A program made the translations under genes and the position numbers. The notes beneath the pieces are model-generated. The model searched no databases. It saw nothing but the letters and a program-made list of their open reading frames with translations, and was not told the DNA's origin. This document shows positions 22,530-36,000 of a DNA stretch of 64,000 nt, one piece after another. Position 1 is the stretch's first letter, and each line of letters opens with the position of its first letter. Origin of the DNA: the human T2T-CHM13v2.0 reference genome, Homo sapiens. The stretch lies in assembly GCF_009914755.1 (NCBI RefSeq), contig NC_060941.1, one strand, 5' to 3'.

Positions 22530-22595
22530 CTGTAAGGTGTTGCAGTGTGGCAAAATAGCAATGTACGGAGTTTTGCACACCACAACAGCCAGACC
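22530..22595 (-). ncRNA. MIR3064: MIR3064 precursor hairpin ending at the DDX5 intron 11 acceptor
   Basis: 5p UCUGGCUGUUGUGGUGUGCAA at 22573-22593 and 3p UUGCCACACUGCAACACCUUACA at 22531-22553 (mature sequences recalled); the arms are visibly complementary. Confidence 0.9.
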
Positions 22596-22969
22596 AAAAA
22601 TAAAAAGTTAGACAATTGTATTCCCAAGAAGGTACGGGCTGCAAAAAATACAGTTAAAATGGTTATCCATTTCCTGTAGGAATACCATTGAGGTTGAAAA
22701 AAGAAAAAAAAGCACATGTCATCTGTATAATTCATCACCCACCCAGTGACAGACCCTGTCAAAAGGAATGTGTGTTCCCTAAGCACATTCCCAAATCAGC
22801 AAGTTCCCTTACAGATCATCAAGTGACATCTGAATGCTTCTGCGCAGTAGGGCCACTTAAAGTTTCACAGCAACCTCTTCATGTGCTCATTTTGAGGACC
22901 TTGAAACAAAAAAATGTACAAGGTCCTTTGCATTACACATTCATCAGAAGTTCAAAATTCTGGCCACAC

Positions 22970-23069
22970 TGCTTGTCTTGCCAAGACCTTACAACCGCAG
23001 CTGCAAGAAAACATACCTGTCCCCCAAAAGTTGTTTTTATGCACTGTGTCTCGTCTAGGCAAGCGCTTC
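22970..23069 (-). ncRNA. MIR5047: MIR5047 precursor in DDX5 intron 11
   Basis: Mature UUGCAGCUGCGGUUGUAAGGU at 22986-23006 (recalled); basal stem CUUGCCUAGAC / GUCUUGGCAAG. Confidence 0.8.
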
Positions 23070-23765
23070 CAAGAAGCCAGGATTCACTTGAGAATGTGTC
23101 TCTCTCTGGCAGGTCTCGACATGACGACTACTGTGTAGGTGAGGGAGGAACTTTCAAAGCACTTTCTTTTCCCACTTACTATGTGTGAGAAGTTGCTCCT
23201 GCTCTAGATCTCATGTGCCAGTACTCACCAATTTGTAAAAGGCTTAGTACCTTTTAAAGCTGCTCTCTCCATTTCAAACTTGAACAAAAATTTCATTGAA
23301 CATTGAAGTTTGGAACTACTTCTTCGACATTTCAGCAAACTCACTGAAACTCAAAGACCCACAGATCACAGTGAACAGTTTGAAACAAGGCTGTACCATG
23401 GCAGTCATGCAAAGCATGGGACAGAAGAAATACCACGGCAGTGAACTGTGAGGATAACTTCCATTTTTTCCCTCGGAGAGAACAGTTTACGGGGCAGAGG
23501 TGATATGTTCTGCCTTTTGAAGATTACTGGCACACGTTCAGCTTTTTCACCTCTCTAATCGACTGGAAGCAGCCAGCCGATCACTAGTCCTCCATCCCCC
23601 TCGAGTCCTCCGATTGTCATGCCTAGGCCTTGCCACAAAGACAGCACCTTTATGTGAAAAAAAACTTAGAAAAAATGCAGGTTAAAGAAAGCAATAAACT
23701 TTCTTTAAAAAAGTTAAATGGAGATCTTCTGGGAAACCAAGCCATGAATGCGAGTTTGTACTAAC

Positions 23766-23825
23766 CTAGCCCTCTGGAGGCCACATCTGTAGCAATCAGA
23801 ATAGGAGCTTTTCCATGTTTGAATT
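23766..23825 (-). CDS. DDX5: DDX5 exon 11
   Basis: FKHGKAPILIATDVASRGL (motif V, split by intron 11); donor TAG|gttagt. Confidence 0.97.
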
Positions 23826-23917
23826 CTACAAAGGAAGGCATATACATGATCAATTATCTGAGCAGAATTCTAGCTAGGTTAAGTAAGGGGGAAAAATACT
23901 TCATTTGAAATATTTAC

Positions 23918-23979
23918 CATTTAGAACCCAGTCACGCTCTTGTTGACTCTTGTCACCATGGATACCCATGGCAGGCCAC
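23918..23979 (-). CDS. DDX5: DDX5 exon 10
   Basis: WPAMGIHGDKSQQERDWVLN. Confidence 0.97.
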
Positions 23980-24194
23980 CTAAGTTAAAAGACAAGTTGT
24001 GTTATTAAACTCACATTGAAAACCTCAGACTCCAGTGCTTGACCACTTTTGGTCACAGATCTCTTTAATTTCGCCAGAAATGAAAAAGTTAAATTCACTA
24101 TCAGATATGAAAAAAATCCACTGCTCGTGATCCAAGTTTGCCCTTTCCTAAGCTGTTTTAATCAATCTGCTTCAATGGAGGAGCTCACACATAC

Positions 24195-24305
24195 CCATCT
24201 CTCCTCATTTTTCTGGTAAGCTCATCACATCTTCTTTTGGTTTCCACAAAAACAATGGTTTTATTCTCCTTCTCACTCATGATCTCTTCCATTAGACGAA
24301 TAAGT
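24195..24305 (-). CDS. DDX5: DDX5 exon 9
   Basis: LIRLMEEIMSEKENKTIVFVETKRR (motif IV). Confidence 0.97.
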
Positions 24306-24680
24306 CTAATAATAGGAGAGAGAAAGGAAAAATCCTGAGTTTTAAAAGACCATTGCTAGGGCCACACATTTATGGTCAGCAAAACATTAAGTTCAATTTA
24401 CATGGCTGGAAGTCAAAGAGGAAACGCCTGCTAATCCACTTATCGAGCAGTTCGACCCTTGGTCCTTAAGTCAACCAGGGGACACATGAATTCCTTCTAT
24501 AGGAAAGCTATAAATGGTGACAGCCATTATTTGAAGGATTCAAGAAATTTTCAGGATTAGTAGGCTAACTAAATGAAATCACACCAACTGAAATAACCTA
24601 AAACAACTCACCAAACAATGATCCCTCAATTTTACAGCAAAGTTGTTAGGAAGCAAATATAACAGAGTTAATAAAACTTA

Positions 24681-24854
<174 letters not shown>

Positions 24855-24931
24855 CTAATGGATTTTGGGGGGAAAAATTAGTATCAGACTCTTAAGAGTG
24901 AAAACACAATTCAGTTTGATCACATATTTCA

Positions 24932-25174
<243 letters not shown>

Positions 25175-25180
25175 TCATTA

Positions 25181-25327
<147 letters not shown>

Positions 25328-25558
25328 CTAAGGAAAGAGAAACAGCTTTCAGCACAAACCTGGATACTAGTTTTAAACTGCTAACTTATTATACTAGCAG
25401 ATCCTTTCTTCATGTGTTGTCCAATACCCAAAACAGCTCCAGCTGAATAGGGTGAGCTAACCTCTATATAAAACCACCACAAATGATTACATCTTTAGCT
25501 ATGTAGTCTAAAATCTACACATTATGCTTCTAATAAAAAGTTAAAAATATATACTTAC

Positions 25559-25624
25559 AATAGGCCCATCGCCTCTCTCTAGGAATGGCTGATGATTGAT
25601 GTGGACAATGGCAGGAAGCAAATA
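25559..25624 (-). CDS. DDX5: DDX5 exon 5
   Basis: YLLPAIVHINHQPFLERGDGPI. Confidence 0.97.
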
Positions 25625-25714
25625 CTATTTAGGGTGAAAGTGGGGACAAACAGAAATCACATTAAAATACTCGTTTTTAAATTACCATTACATTTTCTTG
25701 CATATATCAGATCA

Positions 25715-26086
<372 letters not shown>

Positions 26087-26432
26087 TTATAACAGTCTTA
26101 AAATTCATGACAACCACCCCTAGCTAAATACGTAATTGATAAGCCCCTAACTTCATAATTTAGTAACTAGTTTAAAGTAGCCTTCATTTTAATCTGGACC
26201 CACCTATGAACACCCTATTATGAAAAAAAAAATTTATTGTTATACTCAACCTAATTTAAGTAAAAATCCCAAAGCCACCTATATCCAAAAGTGAGTCACA
26301 CCTTTCCCAATTATGAAGTCAGAACATGTAACTCTACCAAAATTGAGTTATTTGCAAAACACCTGTCAGAATTTCATTTACTAGAATCCACGATCGAGTT
26401 ACAGCCTGATGAAGCCACATGAATTTACTCAC

Positions 26433-26598
26433 TGCTGTGCGCCTAGCCAAATCAGGGTGCTCTTGATAAAAATTCTTCTCAAATTTAGGCAGCTCATCAA
26501 GATTCCACTTCTTTTTAACTAATTTCTCCCCAGGGTTTCCAAACTTCTTTCCAGATAAGGGCCCTGCCCTACTTCCTCCAAATCGAGGTGCACCAAAC
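26433..26598 (-). CDS. DDX5: DDX5 exon 2
   Basis: FGAPRFGGSRAGPLSGKKFGNPG...ARRTA. Confidence 0.97.
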
Positions 26599-27831
26599 CT
26601 GGAATGAAAAAAAACGTTATTCACATTTTCAAATGGCTATACCCAGGTTTCTGTATAGATTTGTCATCCATTGGCACAAGCTAAAAACCACTGAAAACAG
26701 ACTTCGAGAGGTAAACCTAGCACTGTCCTTCGTGAAAATCTCTCTCTCTCTCAACAGCCACAGTTAACATTTCCCGTAGTCCCAAGTACACATTACTTAG
26801 GTCATGTAAACAGCCTGGGATTTATCATGTCGGAAGCCGGGGATTTATCATGTCGGAAACTTGTCACCCACATGCCAGAATTTGGGATTCTGGCACACAC
26901 CACTTCTTGTGGTTACTGTAATCTTCCCCACCAGCCTAGCAATTCACTATCAGCAATAACAAGGCTACATGAACCGAAGAGCATCACGACGATGTTACTC
27001 ATATGGCCGTTTTGGAACCAAACAGCTTTAGTGGTAAGAACCTAAACAGTACAGTCAGCGATAACAGAACAAGGGTTTTCTCAGAAACACTTCTGCTAGC
27101 AAACCCAGCTGGGGGAACGCCGCGGTAGAGCTCCGGATCAACGAATCAAAATTATATAACGCAGGAAAAAAGAAAAGGAGGAGCCGGCGACTACCGGGGG
27201 AGGAGTCCCGGCCCGGGCGGAGTCGGCCGGGCGGCGTTCCCGCTGGGGCGGCGCTTCCCCCTTTGTCTCGCATTTCTCTCTGCGCCACATTTTCTCGACG
27301 CTGCCATTTTGAGCTCCTCCGCCGGGCGGGGTAACAAAGGCGCCGCCGCCATGTCCGAGGCCGGCATTTTGTACTCGCGACTCAGCCACATGGCTGATGC
27401 CGGCCGCCCTCCTACCCCAACAGCACCAGGGCTTTGGAAGTGGTCCCCTCGCTCCCACAGAATGCCCGGCCACCCCAAAAACACCTCCCGAAACGCCGCA
27501 CCTAACAGATGTTCCTTCGTCTGCCTCGAAGCGTCCCGCTTTCATCCGCACAATACGCTCCCTCTCAACTCCCTCAACAGCTACCAAATGGCAGCCGCCC
27601 CGACAGCTCCCCAATCCCCACACAAAAAGCAAGCTTGAAGACACTACACCGTCAAATCTCTTCCAATCACTGTGACGTGAATATCAAAATGGCGCAAGCC
27701 TTCGGGAAAGGAAGTCCCAAGATAGCCCGGAAAGGCCAAGTCCAAGCCGCAAAGCCCCCGCCGGCCGCCACCCTGACCCGCCCTCCCATCCCCCCACCCG
27801 CCAGGCCTGACAGCTCGGCTCCCAAACTCAC

Positions 27832-27875
27832 CCTCGGTCCCGGCCGCGGTCTCGGTCACTCGAATAACCCGACAT
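27832..27875 (-). CDS. DDX5: DDX5 exon 1 (coding part)
   Basis: gacgccATG; MSGYSSDRDRGRDR; donor AGG|gtgagt. Confidence 0.97.
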
Positions 27876-28853
27876 GGCGTCAATGGTTGCGGTTGGCGGG
27901 GAACGAAGTATATAGAAAAGCGTGCGACAAGTCGCTGGAAATGGCCTCGATGACGGCGAAGCCTTGCGGGGGCGGCAGCGGAGGAAGGACACCGATGACA
28001 CCAGCCGAAGCTGCACTACTAGAGACCGGTAGAAATGAATGAGGTGCCGGCCGCTTTCCGGCAGCCGCTTTTGTAGTCTGGACCGCCTCCTACGCCGCAG
28101 GGAACGCTGGGAGCCGCTCTATGACCTAATCGCCCCGCCCCTCGCGCATAGGCCGCAACGCCCGCTGGCGTTCCAGGATCGCCGCGCTTTCACCCCTCCC
28201 CGCGCCACTCTCTCAGGTCAGGGCCCACCCACCATTGGAATGCCTCATTCTGCACTCTCTTGACCTCACCTTCTTCTGGTCTTTCCACACCTCAAGCAAG
28301 CCACCCCGCCCTTTCCCAAGCCCAGCCCCGCCCACCCTCGCCACTCGGAGATGTTTACGTCTCCAAAGAGCCCTCACGTCTGTAACCAAAAGAGGGGGAA
28401 GGCGGGGCCTGGCGTTGTCACGTGGCTGTACCACCCCGGACCACCGAGAGAGCGGTCCGCACTACTTTCCCGTTGACGTCGGCGGAGGGATACAAAACGA
28501 AATAGCTCACCGGAAGTGCGCTGCTCGCACCCCGGGACCCGCCCGGGCTGCCGGCTGATGTGGACCGTCCGACCCGCGTGTCTGATAATCCTTTGACGGG
28601 TTTTGGTCGGCGGAGAATGGTCTCTAAACTTCCCAAACCGCCCCCGTTTCACGTCCTGTGAAAGGAAGTGCTCCTCTGATGACCAATCAGCGGCGAGAAG
28701 CTCTTTTAACGTCCGTCCTTCTTTCACGCCTCCTTCCCCGCGCTTTGGTTCGTGCGTCCGCGCCCCAGTGTCGGGTCTGCGTGGATCGGTCCTTCCAGGA
28801 CACCGTCGCCTTCCCGGCCGCGTCGGAGTCCGGCGGCGACCTGCCTCTGAAAC

Positions 28854-28872
28854 ATGGCAGGCTCGGATGCTG
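28854..28872 (+). CDS. CEP95: CEP95 exon 1 (coding part)
   Basis: aacATGG Kozak; MAGSDA; donor CTG|gtgagt. Confidence 0.93.
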
Positions 28873-30347
28873 GTGAGTGTCTCCCTGGGGTCCCAGTATG
28901 TGTGGACTGAAACCGTCCACCTCCAGGGAGGCCTCGGGCTAGCCCGGACTGGGTCTGGGCTGTCGGCGGGGCTCGTGACCTTCAGACGCCGCGTCGCGCT
29001 GGCGGGTTCCCTGGATAGGGTCTCTCAGCTTCACCACCTCTTCGCTTCGAGGCCGTGGAACAGCAGTATGCTGTGGGAGAGAGAGAGGCACTGGGGCGAG
29101 GCCGGTAGGACACTTGGGTCCTGGCTGTAAAAAGAGCGGTCAGAAGGGTCGTCCCCGGACTTGTCTTTCTGTGGGGCGTCTAGCCGCTGTCCGTGTGCCC
29201 TCCGCCCTTGCACTATGGGCCCTGAGGTCGTACCTGCTTTTGTATTGGTCTTTAAAGGAACAGCATTCTTAAGATTTATTATGCCCCTGCAGAATAGTAG
29301 AATATGCCCCTGTAGAATAGTTGTGCTTTTTTCTCTTCAGTGCCCTCTAGAGTCATGGGCTTTGTCTAGCACCGCTTTTGAAGAGCGAATTAATTTGGTT
29401 GTCTAGGACGCTTTCATCCTTTTCACAAGGACTGCGTACAAACCAGTTGTCATGGTTTGGCCAGCTGTGAGAAATGGGCGTGGGGAGGGGGATTATGTGC
29501 ATGGAAAATACACTCTCATTCGTTTCCAGAACGTTACGTGTCCAGAACATAGTGGAGATGTTTGTTTCTAATACCGATTGAAAGTGCTTTCCTACCAATT
29601 CCCAGGCATTTCAAGGAACAAGTATTTTAAGCTAAGTTACTTTTGGTACAGAAACCGTTAAACTTTGCAAATCCCAGCAATATCTAGGGGAGAGGAGAAT
29701 GTGGTACGCAGGAAACGTCAACAGTATTGATAATTCTGAGCTTCATGTACTTCCCATATTTTCTTTCATATAGATCGATATAATAAAAAAGAAAAACTAA
29801 CAAATGCATTACCGTTGATGTTGTTATTATACCAGTTCTTAACAGCCTAAGTTTAATCACCACTTTTTCCGGCACCAGAGAAACCCTGACTTGCACAAGA
29901 TAATTGGGTAAACACAAGACCAATACTATTGCAAGTGCGAAGCAGCCTCCATTAATGAGTTTCTGGTAACCTCGGATTATCATTAAACTGTTGTTTATGA
30001 CATAATATTCCTGTTTACTTGTAAATATGTTTTAACTAAAAACACCCATGTAAGGCTTATATAAGTAACTTAAGATTTTAGGCTGCAACAGTATCAATTG
30101 AATTTGCAGTATAGTTTTGACTATGTAGAAATTACAGCACTCTGGAAATCATCCCAAGAAATTAAATACATCTTTTTAAAAACCATGCCTAAAGGGTCTT
30201 TGAAATTCTCTAACAATCAAATTCCTTATCTTCTGCAAAGTTCAGTGTCTGTTTTTGTTGGGGGGGAGGTTGTTGGATTTTTTAAATGTCTGTGTGATTT
30301 TTTTCTGGTGGTTTTTAAGACTGATCTTTCCCCCTTTTTCCCAACAG

Positions 30348-30476
30348 AGTGGGTAACCATTGCCAATAACCTTCTTTTTAAGTGTCATATACATCTGAGA
30401 ATACATGAACTTCAAGACTGTGATGCTAATGTTTTTATTGCTCTTTATCAGTCTATTTTGGGAGAAAAGGTACCAG
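30348..30476 (+). CDS. CEP95: CEP95 exon 2
   Basis: [42 protein letters not shown]. Confidence 0.95.
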
Positions 30477-31150
30477 GTAAGAATACTAAAAGCAGGAGTA
30501 ATTTTGCCTATATCTTAGGCCAAAAGTTTTTAGTCCTTTAGTTAGATTCTTTGATATTTATAAAATTTCATTTTCTCTTTGCTTGTTTCTTTTTTTAATA
30601 TTGCATATTAAATTCTATATTAATATACAATATTAAAATAAATATTGTATATTAAATTGTATTTAATATCACATATTGTATAATTATAATATTGTATTCC
30701 TTAAGGAATACCCTGTGGAACCCACTCATAATAACGGCCTTGAGCAGATCAGTTTGAGGGCTCCTGATAATCACGGCTTAACCTAATCATGGCTACTGCC
30801 TTGTGAAAGTTGCATCTTTTCTGTAAATGTACCTTCAAAGGTTGTAAAATTGAGTGGAGCTTGGGAATTTATTGGATTCTGTTACTTAACCAGTGCTAGG
30901 GATAAGAATTGATGCTTGTAGATGATGAACCTCATTTACCAAGACAGTTAATAAGCGCATATGTCCTTTCATCTTGCTCACCATCTCACTATGTTCAAGA
31001 CCAGGGTGGTACCAACTCAGCTTAAGTGATCCTCCCGTCTACCTCCCAAAGTGATAGGATTACAGGCATGAGCCACCACGTCCAGCCTGTGCTGACCTTT
31101 TAAATCTTTATACCAATAATTCTAGTTGGCTATTCAAAAGGACATATAAG

Positions 31151-32605
<1,455 letters not shown>

Positions 32606-32606
<1 letters not shown>

Positions 32607-33686
32607 TTCGGGGAACCTGCCCCGATAGTCACGTAGGTTCTTTTCTATTTTATCTAAGCATCGGCAGGTTTGAGAAATAAAGGGACAGAGTACAAAAGAG
32701 AGAAATTTTAAAGCTGGGCGTCTGGGGGAGACATCACATGTCTGTAGGTTCCGTGATGCCCCACAAGCTGCAAAAACCAGCAAGTTTTTATTAGGGATTT
32801 TCAAAAGGGGAGGGAGTATACGAATAGGTTGTGGGTCACAGACATCAAGTACTTCACAAGGTAATAGAATATCACAAGGCAAATGGAGGCAGGGCGAGAT
32901 CACAGGACCACCTGACTGGGGTGAAATTAAAATTGCTAATGAAGTTTTGGGCACCATTGTCATTGATAACATCTTATCAGGAGACAGGGTTTTGAGAGCA
33001 ACCTGTCTGACCAAAATTTATTAGGCGGGAATTTCTTCTTCCTAATAAGCCTGGGAGCGATATGGGAGACTGAGGTCTATTTCAGCCCTACAGTCTACAG
33101 ACCATAAAAGATGGCCACGCCCGGGGGACCGTCTGTAGACCTGCCCCCAGGCGTGTATTCTCTTTCCCAGGGATGTTCCTTGCTGAGAAAAAGAATTCAG
33201 CGATATTTCTCCCATTTGCTTTTGAAAGAAAAGAAATATGGCTCTGTTCCGCCCGGCTCACCAACGGACAGAGTTTAAGGTTATCTGTCTTATTCCCTGA
33301 ACAATTGCTGTTATCCTGTTCTTTTTTTCAAGGTGCCCAGATTTCATATTGTTCAAACACACATGCTCTACAATTTTGTGCAGTTAACGCAATTATCACG
33401 TGGTCCTGAGGCTACATACATCCTCCTCGGTTTACAAGATGACAGGATTAAGAGATTAAAGTGAAGACAGGCCTAGGAAATCACAAGGGTATTGATTGGG
33501 GAAGTGATAAGTGTCCATGAAATCTTTACAATTCATGTTCAGAGATTGCAGTAAAGACAGGCATAAGAAGTTATAAAAGTATTAATTTGGGGAACTAATA
33601 AATGTCCATGAAATCTTCACAATCCACGTTCTTCTGCCATGGCTTCAGCCGGTCCCTCTGTTTGGGGTCCCTGACTTCTCGCAACA
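32606..33686 (-). mobile_element. MER11-family solo LTR (HERV-K11/HML-8)
   Basis: Minus strand begins TGTTGCGAGAAGTCAGGGACCCC...GAAGCCATGGCAGAAGAAC; about 1.08 kb; flanked by the direct repeat CCTGGC(C). Confidence 0.9.
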
Positions 33687-36000
33687 CCTGGCCGTATTGT
33701 TTTATTTTAAAGCATACTAATGCTACTTGTTTGTGATAGCTAAAAATTAGAAACACCTAAATGTCCATTAGTAGGGATTGGTTAGATAAATCATGATAGC
33801 TGCATACAGTGGACTGCTCTGTGGCTGTAAAAGATGACTGAATATGCTCTTTGTGCACAATGTTCCGTGTTGGGAACAATCTCTAGCATATGTGATGCGA
33901 GAAAAATGTAGTACAATTATAATGGTAATGTGCAGAGTAGTATGCTAGTGTTTGTAAAAACAAAGGTGTGCAGAAGTATTTGCAGTTGTTTGCAATCGGA
34001 AGAACTCTCTAGAAGCATATACAAGAAACTCGTAATACTGATTGCTTCCAACAAAGGGAACCTCAGGGTTGCAGGACAAAGGGACAAGAACTTTCAGTGT
34101 ATACTTTTTGCACTTGCTGAATTTTGAACCATGTTATCTATTCAGAAGTTTTTTTCTGTAATTAAATCTCCAAAATAAAGTATACTATACTGTATTCTAA
34201 AACTAAGCATACCAAATATATTTATAAATCACTGTATTATGTGTATTTCATTTATGTTTAGAAATGAATGATTATTCCAGTAAGTTATTTCAAGCTTATG
34301 AATAGAGGGAATATTGACAATGTGAAACTATAATCACAAAAAGAGGATTTATACTGTTGATTTATTCTTTGATAGTTGTAAAAGGAGATAAATGTTAATC
34401 AGGATAAGTCCTGATTTACATCTCTTAATTTGATACTGACAAGAACAAATTTTTGCGAAGAGAATAAAATACTCTTCTGTCTTAAGTTTTTTAATGCAGT
34501 TCTAGGTGAGTGAATGGGTAAATCAGTTCGGAGATAATTTGAGGGCTACTCCCATAGTTTCCCTCTTTTTTTTGCAATTTGTAATTGCTTTATCACCCAA
34601 GTAGGACAAGTTCTGGTATTTGTGCTTGTTAAACATACTATAGCAGGGTTATAAACATACATGTTTGTAAAACTCTTTAATGCAGAGCTGTCTTTGACAG
34701 ATTACACCCACCCTATGAAAAATTGTAAAACAGTTTCTCCTGCAGCATGAAGCACTGCATTCTGGCTGGCAGTCTTAGTTGCTAGGTTGTCAGTATACTC
34801 CCCATCCTAGAAACTGAAAAGTTTTGAGGATGCTCTTGGGATATACTTAGGTATTTTTAAGCCGGAAAAACACGTCCAAAACCAAGATTTCTGGTTCATT
34901 GTTTTAAACGAAAAAACTCAAACGTTGTCGTTACTAGTAGTAGTATAAAACGTCAAATTTCTGGTTTAGGTTTGTTTTGCATCATGGCTGAGGTTACGAA
35001 TGGCTAGATTCTCCCAAATGTCAAATTTCTACACTGCTTTTCCCATATTGGTGTGAACTCATGAGAATGCCAGGCATGATCTCCCAAAGGACAATCAGAG
35101 TGTCACAAGGGTTAAGTACTATCTATACCTGAGGTTGATTTGGAGTCCATTTCAGGTGACATTAAATATGTCAAGTTTCCATGCTTTTTGCCAACCCATT
35201 TCTATTCAACATTTCAACCTAATCATTTATATTAAAAATCTGTTACGGAGTAGGTACTGTGCTAGGGACTGTGCTATGATCTATGAGTGTAAGTTATGAA
35301 TATGAAGTGGATATGGTAAGAGATGTAGCTGGAGACGCTGAAGATGGAGTGAGATTTAAAAAGGTTTTATATGCAGGGCTTATATTTCAGAAAGGGAGCC
35401 AGGGAAAGGATTTTAATCAGAAAAATGGTATGATCTATACAAAATGAGGAGTTAACAAATATGGGGGGTTATGGTGGAGAATTCAGGAATTTCTGATGAA
35501 AGTATCCCAACAAGTTTATTGTTTTTTTTTGTTGTTTTGATGTTACTCTGCTGCTATAATCTTCTGAACAAACCACCATTTAGAATAGGATACCACAATC
35601 TGAAAGTGTTCTCTCCTGCCACTTTTTCCCACCAATCTGGTAAAGTTCTGTTTAGCTGCAATATATTTTGGTATAAATCTTACTAGACATGTTTTCTTAA
35701 GTCCAATTATTTTGCTTCTCCAAAAAAGGAAGGAATATGCCAGTGAATTATTAGACGCCATATTTAAAGCTTCCCCCTTTTTTTCTTCAAATATAATCAG
35801 GCAGCAGGAAATTGTTGTTCTTAATATTTATAATTGTTTCACCTGTATTTTTTTTATTTAATCTCCAAGGAGCTGTAAGTTGGTATGTATCGCCTGTATT
35901 CTTAAATAGCATTTTCACAATGTTATATCCAAGTTTCAAGATTATGAAGCTTTCAGATTTCATGGTTAAATTTTTTAATAGCTCTATATTCTGTCTCCAG

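Larger units (their letters stand above)
27050..29230. promoter_or_regulatory. DDX5/CEP95 bidirectional CpG-island promoter
   Basis: Head-to-head ATGs at 27875 (-) and 28854 (+); GC box 28401-28408, E-box GTCACGTGG 28417-28425, CRE-like TGACGTC 28474-28480, ETS ACCGGAAGTG 28509-28518, CCAAT 28683-28687. Confidence 0.92.

Noticed and set aside
22688-23188. 166-aa plus-strand ORF antisense to DDX5 intron 11
   Set aside because: Starts at TTG, has no recognisable domain, and the region is better explained by sense-strand RNA elements.
27055-29213. Many overlapping 70-177 aa ORFs on both strands
   Set aside because: Expected stop-codon depletion in a CpG island.
30620-30655. 15-bp perfect inverted repeat with a 6-nt spacer
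   Set aside because: Lies in very AT-rich low-complexity sequence where such symmetry is common.
33440-33630. Internal direct repeats TGTCCATGAAATCTT and AAAGACAGGC
   Set aside because: Internal to the MER11 LTR; not a CRISPR-like or independent array.
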